Of a DNA stretch of 24,000 nucleotides, positions 9,394-14,305 are shown piece by piece. The notes under the pieces were generated by a model. It was not told the origin of the DNA and ran no database searches. It saw only the letters and a list, made by a program, of their open reading frames with translations. This DNA is from Thalassospira sp. TSL5-1. GTDB taxonomy: Bacteria; Pseudomonadota; Alphaproteobacteria; Rhodospirillales; Thalassospiraceae. Location of the stretch: NCBI RefSeq assembly GCF_001907695.1, contig NZ_KV880639.1:50103-74102 (forward strand), written 5' to 3'. Position numbers and translations under genes: made by a program. The stretch's first letter is position 1; the number at the start of each line of letters is the position of its first letter.

Positions 9394-9675
9394 TGCTTCC
9401 TCGTCGGAATAAGGCGCATATACGCTTTCAATCACGGCGTCAGTCCAGCCGATGCGACGCATGCAATCGAGCACGACGGGCGCAATCGCCACTTTCTTTT
9501 CCTTGCCCTTCACGGCCTCGTACTGGGCCTCGAATTTCTTGGGAATTTCAATCTCGCTGCCCTTGGCCACAATCGCCTCAAGCTCCCGCCGCCCCTCGGC
9601 CTCCAGGCTTTCCCAAAGCACACAGCGCGCAGGTGTCCAGGCCGTCGGACTGAAATTCTGGTTTTCTTCGCTCAT
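9382..9675 (-). CDS. Hypothetical acidic 97-aa protein, no family recognised
   Basis: Start set at ATG 9675 (MSEENQNF...) with only a weak RBS. It lies 155 bp downstream of rtcR on the same strand. I see no recognisable motifs. Confidence 0.45.
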   Translation of the reverse strand: MSEENQNFSPTAWTPARCVLWESLEAEGRRELEAIVAKGSEIEIPKKFEAQYEAVKGKEKKVAIAPVVLDCMRRIGWTDAVIESVYAPYSDEEAPAS

Positions 9676-9830
9676 GTGTTTACCCTGAATGACGTGATAA
9701 CAGCCTAGTGATAGGTAGACGGCCGGGGAATGTCCAGAGCATATAGACCTGCAAGAGGTCCCCGTCCCCACACTTCACCGTATAGGGTGACAACTTCGAC
9801 AAGGAGGTCAGCAGCGGTTTTAAAACCATC

Positions 9831-11411
9831 CTATACGGTTTTGGTGCCTGCAATCACGCTCCATTCCAGGCCGAACTTCGATAGATATTTTCGCAGTCGG
9901 TCAGCATCGTTCTGGATACGACGTTTATCGCGGGACTTTGCGTAAAGCATGCGACCGGCCTCGCTAAGACTGGAGGCTTGGCGACATGTGCGGAGTACCA
10001 GGGCCAATTGCACCATATCGAATGGGTCAATGTCGTTTGCTTCCTCCCCCATCAGCGCCTCCACGAGCTTAAAATCGCTATTGGAGCTGGCGCTGCTCCA
10101 GTCGTGCTGAAGGGTTTCGATTTCCGCTTCCACCATCGCCTTGGTGATGCGCCCACGCGGCGAGAGAATGCACAGTCGGCGCACGGAACCCCGGAAATCG
10201 CGGAAATTTCCCGGCCAAGTTGTTGCCGGACTAGTCGCAAATTTCAGATATTTGTCACGGGCGTCCGCGTTGAAGCCCACCTGGTTCCCCAGTTCCTTTT
10301 CCGAGCGGGCCAATTCATAGAGCAAGTTTGACTCGATATCCTCGCGCCGCTCGCGCAGCGGCGGAAGTTCAAAACGCCACATGTTGAGACGCGACAAAAG
10401 ATCGGGCCGAAAACGACCTTGGGAAACAAGTGTCCGCAAATCTCGATTGGCACCTGCAATAATCTGGAAACGGCTGGAAACCTCGTGGTCTGAACCCAAA
10501 GGATAAAACCGTCCAGTCTCGATCGCGTGCAGAATGATTGATTGTTCGCTCAAGCCCAGCTCATCGACCTCGTCTAGAAACAGGATACCGCCATCTGCCT
10601 CCCGTAAAAGGCCGCGACGCTCCGAGCCAGCATGTCCGGTATAACCGCGCTGCTGACCGAAAAGCATAGCCACCGCATCACCTCCGTTCAGCGTCGCGCA
10701 ATTCACATGCACGAGCCTGCCCTTCACGCGGCGGCGATCGAGTTTCAGATTATAGATGCGTTCAGCCAGTTGGCTCTTGCCCGTGCCGGTTTCGCCAAGA
10801 AGCAGGATCGGCTCGTCCGAGTTGCTCGCGACCAGTTCTATCCGGTCGATCAGGGCATTATATGTGTCGTTGCGGGTTTCGATACCGCCCTTCAGTTGGT
10901 CACCATATTCACGCGCCAGCTTATCGAAACGCTGCTGCAGCGCATTGTAGCGGCTGAGATCGAGATCAATGATGTCAAGTTTTGGTTGACCGTCATCCTC
11001 TCGCGGCGGCCCGGTCTGGATCAGGCGTGCCGGCACGTGACGGCTTTCTGTGAGGAGAAACCAGCATATCTGCGCCACATGAGAGCCAGTGGTCAGGTGC
11101 ACATGATACCGCTCCCGGTGTTCATCAAACCCGTATGCACGCGCGAAATCGAAGAGCTTTCCGTAAACCTCCTGAAAGTCCCAAGGGTCCTTCAGGTCGA
11201 GATTGCGCAGCAAGACCTCGGTCTGCGGAGAAACCTTCTCTATCGACCGCTTCACCTGCTGGGCCAGGCGATTAAAATTCATGTCGTACAGGATTTCCAG
11301 CCGCTCGATCGGGAAGTCTTCATGCTCCACCAGACTTACGGTGGGCCGCCACCGCCGTTTCTTACCCATATCGAGCTGCGTTCCGAGAAAACCTATGACA
11401 ACATTTTTCAT
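9831..11411 (-). CDS. rtcR: RtcR-type transcriptional regulator (N-terminal CARF domain, AAA+ bEBP core, C-terminal HTH)
   Basis: The N-terminus VVIGFLGTQLDMGKKRRWRPTVSL...ERLEILYD is RtcR/CARF-like. Walker A is GETGTGKS and Walker B is ILFLDEVDEL. The C-terminus NDADRLRKYLSKFGLEW is typical of RtcR. It is divergent from rsr-rtcB. I prefer ATG 11411 to the TTG at 11423. Confidence 0.9.
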   Translation of the reverse strand: MKNVVIGFLGTQLDMGKKRRWRPTVSLVEHEDFPIERLEILYDMNFNRLAQQVKRSIEKVSPQTEVLLRNLDLKDPWDFQEVYGKLFDFARAYGFDEHRERYHVHLTTGSHVAQICWFLLTESRHVPARLIQTGPPREDDGQPKLDIIDLDLSRYNALQQRFDKLAREYGDQLKGGIETRNDTYNALIDRIELVASNSDEPILLLGETGTGKSQLAERIYNLKLDRRRVKGRLVHVNCATLNGGDAVAMLFGQQRGYTGHAGSERRGLLREADGGILFLDEVDELGLSEQSIILHAIETGRFYPLGSDHEVSSRFQIIAGANRDLRTLVSQGRFRPDLLSRLNMWRFELPPLRERREDIESNLLYELARSEKELGNQVGFNADARDKYLKFATSPATTWPGNFRDFRGSVRRLCILSPRGRITKAMVEAEIETLQHDWSSASSNSDFKLVEALMGEEANDIDPFDMVQLALVLRTCRQASSLSEAGRMLYAKSRDKRRIQNDADRLRKYLSKFGLEWSVIAGTKTV

Positions 11412-11514
11412 GACCGTATCCAAATAGATATATGGCTATAATAAATTATATTATATGGAAAAGACGAAATCCGAAAATACTTATTTTATATATTAATATC
11501 AATAACTTATGAGA

Positions 11515-11535
11515 TTTTTTCTTTTTTCTTTTTTC
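11515..11535 (+). repeat. Three perfect tandem TTTTTTC heptamers in the rtcR-rsr intergenic region
   Basis: Read directly as ttttttc ttttttc ttttttc, 52-72 nt upstream of the rsr start codon. Confidence 0.9.
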
Positions 11536-11586
11536 TGTGCATCCGTCGTGGCAAAACTTGGACATCAAAACAGAAGGAAGAAGCAA

Positions 11587-13143
11587 ATGGCGAACAAATC
11601 CGTGTTTGCGACAATCGTGGGAAAGCTGCTCCCAAAGGCAACAGACACCAATATGCATGGCGCAAAGGCCTATGCCTATGAAGATGAGCACAAGCTGGCG
11701 CAGTTGGCTGTTACGGGTACTTTTGGGGATCTGTTCTATCAGGATGCACAGACTGAACTGGACAAGGTTCTCGAACTTGCCGAACGCGTCGACCCCTATT
11801 TTCTGGCGCAGACCGCAATCTACGCTCGTAAAAAGGGTCACATGAAGGACATGCCAGCCGTGCTGTTGGCGGTTCTTGCCCGCCGTGACCCCGTGCTCTT
11901 TCGTGCCGTCTTTGGCCGCGTCGTCGATAATGGCAAGATGTTGCGCAACTTTGTGCAAGTGGTTCGTTCTGGTCAGACCGGGCGCAAATCTCTGGGAAGT
12001 GCGCCCAAGAGCATGGTGCAGAACTGGCTCAATGGCGCATCAGACCGCGCATTGCTGCAGGCCAATATCGGGAATGCGCCATCGCTGGCTGATGTGCTGA
12101 AGATGGTTCACCCGAAGCCGGTTAGCCGCGAACGCGAAGCCCTGTTTGCCTGGATCATCGGACGCCCTTGCGACGTCGCACTTCTGCCGGAAGCCGTTCG
12201 TGAATGGCTGGCCTTCAAGGAAACTGGCGAAGGCAAAGTGCCAGATGTGCCGTTCCAGATGTTGACCCAGCTTAATCTGTCGACCGAGCATTGGGCCACC
12301 ATCGCCCGCAAGAGCTCGTGGCAGATGGTGCGACAGAACCTGAATACGTTTGAACGCCACGGCGTTTTCAACGATCAGGCAAATGTGAAACATGTGGCCG
12401 AGCTACTTGCCAACCAGCAGGCGATCGCCAAGGCACGTGCGTTTCCCTATCAGTTGATGGTCGCAGCGCAGAACGTCATCGGCAAGGTGCCGCGCGAAAT
12501 CGTGGACGCACTGCATGATGCGATGGAAATCGCAGTGCAGAACGTGCCGCAGGTCGAAGGCTCGGTTGTTGTTTGCCCTGACGTGTCAGGCTCGATGACC
12601 TTTCCGGTCACGGGATATCGCCGCGGCGCGACTTCGACCGTGCGTCATGTGGATGTCGCCGCCCTTGTTGCGGCCGCGTTCCTGCGGACAAACCGGCACT
12701 GCGAGGTACTGCCGTTCGACTTTGACGTGCGAAACGCACGTCTGGAGCCGCGCGACACGATCCTGACGAATGCCGGACGGTTGGCAAAACTTGGGGGTGG
12801 CGGAACGGACTGCTCCGCACCGCTGAAGTGGCTGAACAAGCGCAAAAAGACGCCGGATCTTGTTGTATTCGTCTCGGACAATCAGTCCTGGATGGACGAC
12901 TTGAACGGTTCGCGCTCAACGGGCATGGCCCAGGAATGGGCTGTTTTAAAACAGCGCAACCCGAAGGCAAAGCTGGTGTGCATCGACATCGCGCCTTACG
13001 GCACAACGCAGGTGAAAAACCGTGAAGATGTGTTGAACATCGGCGGATTTTCCGACGCGGTATTCGATCAGATCGCCACCTTCTCCAACGGCCAAAATGG
13101 CCCGGAGCATTGGGTGGAACAGATTAAAAGGATCGAGATTTGA
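11587..13143 (+). CDS. rsr: Ro60-related protein Rsr (TROVE domain plus C-terminal vWA/MIDAS domain)
   Basis: Start set at ATG 11587 (MANKSVFA) behind GAAGGAAG. The TROVE-like N-terminus reads NMHGAKAYAY...GTFGDLFYQDAQ...AIYARKKGHMKDMPAVLLAVLA. The vWA MIDAS motif is CPDVSGSM. The ORF-track start at 11509 would translate the poly-T tract. Confidence 0.9.
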   Translation: MANKSVFATIVGKLLPKATDTNMHGAKAYAYEDEHKLAQLAVTGTFGDLFYQDAQTELDKVLELAERVDPYFLAQTAIYARKKGHMKDMPAVLLAVLARRDPVLFRAVFGRVVDNGKMLRNFVQVVRSGQTGRKSLGSAPKSMVQNWLNGASDRALLQANIGNAPSLADVLKMVHPKPVSREREALFAWIIGRPCDVALLPEAVREWLAFKETGEGKVPDVPFQMLTQLNLSTEHWATIARKSSWQMVRQNLNTFERHGVFNDQANVKHVAELLANQQAIAKARAFPYQLMVAAQNVIGKVPREIVDALHDAMEIAVQNVPQVEGSVVVCPDVSGSMTFPVTGYRRGATSTVRHVDVAALVAAAFLRTNRHCEVLPFDFDVRNARLEPRDTILTNAGRLAKLGGGGTDCSAPLKWLNKRKKTPDLVVFVSDNQSWMDDLNGSRSTGMAQEWAVLKQRNPKAKLVCIDIAPYGTTQVKNREDVLNIGGFSDAVFDQIATFSNGQNGPEHWVEQIKRIEI

Positions 13144-13148
13144 AAACA

Positions 13149-13223
13149 GGTCTGGCGGAATGCTCATGGGACTACATCCTGTCCTTTAGCACATGATCTC
13201 ATGGACACCTTGTCCGCCAGACC
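13149..13223 (+). ncRNA. Y-RNA-like module A (short form)
   Basis: An 11-bp terminal stem ggtctggcgga (13149-13159) / tccgccagacc (13213-13223) encloses the 5' box ATGCTCATGGGACTACAT (13160-13177). An inner hairpin is tgtcc/ggaca (13180-13184 / 13203-13207). The 3' box CCTTG abuts the stem. Confidence 0.55.
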
Positions 13224-13244
13224 TGACCAGACATCTTGAGGAGA

Positions 13245-13376
13245 TGCGGCGAATGCCAGTGGAACTACATCAACTGTAATGCCCATGTCGCGGGTTCGAG
13301 TCCCGCCGTGGTCACGGCCACGTAGCTCAGTCGGTAGAGCAAAGCACTTACGTTTCACAACACACTTGTCGCCGCA
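13245..13376 (+). ncRNA. Y-RNA-like module B with a circularly permuted tRNA-like domain (YrlA-like)
   Basis: The terminal stem is tgcggcga (13245-13252) / tcgccgca (13369-13376). The 5' box is ATGCCAGTGGAACTACAT and the 3' box is CACACTTG. The interior reads T-arm gcggg-TTCGAGT-cccgc (13290-13306), a closed acceptor-like hairpin (13307-13322), and D-arm gctc-AGTCGGTA-gagc (13325-13340). Confidence 0.75.
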
Positions 13377-13398
13377 GCTTTTCCAAGGAAAGCGGAAA

Positions 13399-13484
13399 CA
13401 CATAGGAGGAATGCCCGTGGGACTACATTGGCAACCAGCCTGTTTGAAACAGGCAATGTCTCACAATCCCTTGTCCTCCATCTG
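13399..13484 (+). ncRNA. Y-RNA-like module C (short, with T-loop-like hairpin)
   Basis: The stem ggagga (13405-13410) / tcctcc (13474-13479) is extended by T13403:A13480 and neighbours around a bulged A13404. The 5' box is ATGCCCGTGGGACTACAT and the 3' box is CCCTTG. The inner hairpin is cctg-TTTGAAA-cagg (13439-13453). Confidence 0.6.
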
Positions 13485-13501
13485 AATATGTAAAAGGAAG
13501 A

Positions 13502-13650
13502 TCCTGGCGAATGCTAAAGGAACTACATGGCACAATCGGGAAGGTGTGTGGGTTCAACTCCCCTCCAGGCCAGCGCCCAGACGGCAAACGTACAAGCCAA
13601 AAGCTTGTGCGGGGCGGCCTCCCAACGTTTCTTCTCCTTTGTCGCCGGGA
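13502..13650 (+). ncRNA. Y-RNA-like module D (T-loop hairpin plus long bulged hairpin)
   Basis: The stem is tcctggcga (13502-13510) / tcgccggga (13642-13650). The 5' box is ATGCTAAAGGAACTACAT, and aaagga (13516-13521) pairs with tccttt (13635-13640). The interior has ggg-TTCAACT-ccc (13550-13562) and a long hairpin at 13567-13620 (aggcc..gccc..cgtacaagc / gcttgtgcg gggc ggcct). Confidence 0.6.
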
Positions 13651-13693
13651 ACTGAAAACGAAAATCCGCAATTCGCACTGACAGAAGGAATGA

Positions 13694-13825
13694 TGCGGCG
13701 AATACCAGTGGAACTACATCAACTGTAATGCCCAGGTCGCGGGTTCGACTCCCGCCGTGGTCACGACCACGTAGCTCAGTCGGTAGAGCAGAGCACATAC
13801 GTTTCACAACACACTTGTCGCCGCA
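13694..13825 (+). ncRNA. Y-RNA-like module B' (second copy of the tRNA-like YrlA-type module)
   Basis: This is a copy of module B at +449 nt. The stem is tgcggcga (13694-13701) / tcgccgca (13818-13825) and the box is ATACCAGTGGAACTACAT. The T-arm is gcggg-TTCGACT-cccgc, and the acceptor-like hairpin and D-arm are retained. Confidence 0.75.
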
Positions 13826-13847
13826 GCTTTCTCAAGGAAGGCGAAAA

Positions 13848-13933
13848 CACACAGGAGGAATACCTGTGGGACTACATTGGAAACCAGCCTGTTCGAATCA
13901 GGCAACGTCTCACAATCCATTGTCCTCCGTCTG
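13848..13933 (+). ncRNA. Y-RNA-like module C' (copy of C)
   Basis: The stem is ggagga (13854-13859) / tcctcc (13923-13928) and the box is ATACCTGTGGGACTACAT. The inner hairpin cctg-TTCGAAT-cagg (13888-13902) has a canonical T-loop sequence. C13852:G13929 replaces the T:A pair of module C. Confidence 0.6.
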
Positions 13934-13948
13934 AATGTAAAAGGAATA

Positions 13949-14098
13949 TCCTGGCGAATGCCGAAGGAACTACATGGCACAATCGGGAAGGTGTGTGGGT
14001 TCAACTCCCCTCCAGGCCTGCGCCCAGACGGCAAACGTGCAAGCCAAAAGCTTGTGCGGGGCGGCCTCCCAAATGTTTCTTCTCTTTTGTCGCCCGGA
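13949..14098 (+). ncRNA. Y-RNA-like module D' (copy of D)
   Basis: The stem is tcctggcga (13949-13957) / tcgcccgga (14090-14098), with one C-U mismatch. The box is ATGCCGAAGGAACTACAT. The same T-loop hairpin and long hairpin as in D are present. Confidence 0.55.
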
Positions 14099-14102
14099 CT
14101 CC

Positions 14103-14120
14103 CTTCAAGAAGGCTTGAAG
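14103..14120 (+). other. Perfect 7-bp hairpin directly after the last Y-like module (processing site or weak terminator?)
   Basis: The sequence is cttcaag-aagg-cttgaag. It is followed by cctctattaatt, so there is no clean U-tract. Confidence 0.3.
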
Positions 14121-14305
14121 CCTCTATTAATTGGATTCATGAAACGATGAAAGTTGCAAGCGGGGGTGGCCGCAGGACCACAGATAGACGCACTCGTCAA
14201 AAGTAGCAGGGGACCTGCCGTGTTGGCTTACCCCGACCCGGAACACCCCGGCGGCTGAATATTTGTCTTGCAAATACTCTAGCCCCCAATGCAGAGGAAA
14301 AGATA

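Larger units (their letters stand above)
13243..14098 (+). repeat. Tandem duplication (period 449 bp at its 5' end) of a three-module ncRNA unit
   Basis: Unit 1 (13243-13691) realigns with unit 2 (13692 to about 14098). By eye there are roughly 30 differences in about 410 aligned nt. This was not computed. Confidence 0.9.

Noticed and set aside
9344-9400. An att-like direct repeat of the tRNA-Met 3' end, or an integrase, marking a genomic island boundary.
   Set aside because: By-eye comparison with tggtagcggaggagggacttgaa found no match, and there is no recombinase gene in the window. The island hypothesis is therefore kept only at low interest.
10632-11441. A 269-aa plus-strand ORF, together with other long ORFs antisense to rtcR, hscA (19067-21100), hscB, mnmA, the LysR gene and the SDR gene.
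   Set aside because: All of them lie opposite genes with strong family signatures. They have low-complexity or Arg/His-rich composition and no start context. They are shadow ORFs.
11549-11564. A sigma-54 promoter candidate, TGGCAAAACTTGGACA, upstream of rsr.
   Set aside because: The TGGCA-to-TTG spacing is 2 nt too short, and the -12 element reads TTGG instead of TTGC. No GG-N10-GC arrangement exists anywhere in the spacer.
11509-11586. The ORF-track start of rsr at 11509 (MRFFLFSFFCASVV...).
   Set aside because: These 26 codons translate the poly-T/C tract and have no RBS. ATG 11587 is preceded by GAAGGAAG, and the TROVE-like sequence begins there.
13290-13340. A possible genuine tRNA gene, because of the perfect T-arm and D-arm sequences. 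The same applies to the copy at 13739-13789.
   Set aside because: The arm order is permuted, with the T-arm before the D-arm. The acceptor stem is closed by a loop, there is no anticodon arm, and there is no free 3' CCA end. It is therefore a tRNA mimic embedded in a Y-like RNA and not a decoding tRNA.
13160-13975. A CRISPR-like array, suggested by seven copies of an ~18-nt conserved box (ATRC-N3-WGGRACTACAT).
   Set aside because: The spacing is irregular (93, 158, 100, 191, 158 and 98 nt) and the box is degenerate in its centre. The so-called spacers are themselves duplicated and structured. No cas genes are present in the window.
13164-14206. Six-frame ORFs inside the rsr-rtcB spacer (13164-13403-, 13279-13485+, 13423-13671-, 13523-13807-, 13728-13934+, 13804-14034-, 13877-14206+), including two near-identical 68-aa products (MPMSRVRVPPWSRPRSSVGRAKH.. 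and MPRSRVRLPPWSRPRSSVGRAEH..).
   Set aside because: They are translations of the duplicated RNA modules. The PWSRPRSSVGRA peptide, for example, is the T-arm, acceptor and D-arm read as codons. They overlap each other on both strands, lack ribosome-binding sites, and have Arg/Pro/Ser-rich junk composition. Substitutions between the two copies follow RNA-helix logic and not codon logic.
14252-14267. A sigma-54-like element, cGGCTG-N5-TTTGT, upstream of rtcB.
   Set aside because: The spacing is correct but the conserved -12 GC is replaced by GT, and the -24 flank (CGGCTG) is poor. This is too weak to call.
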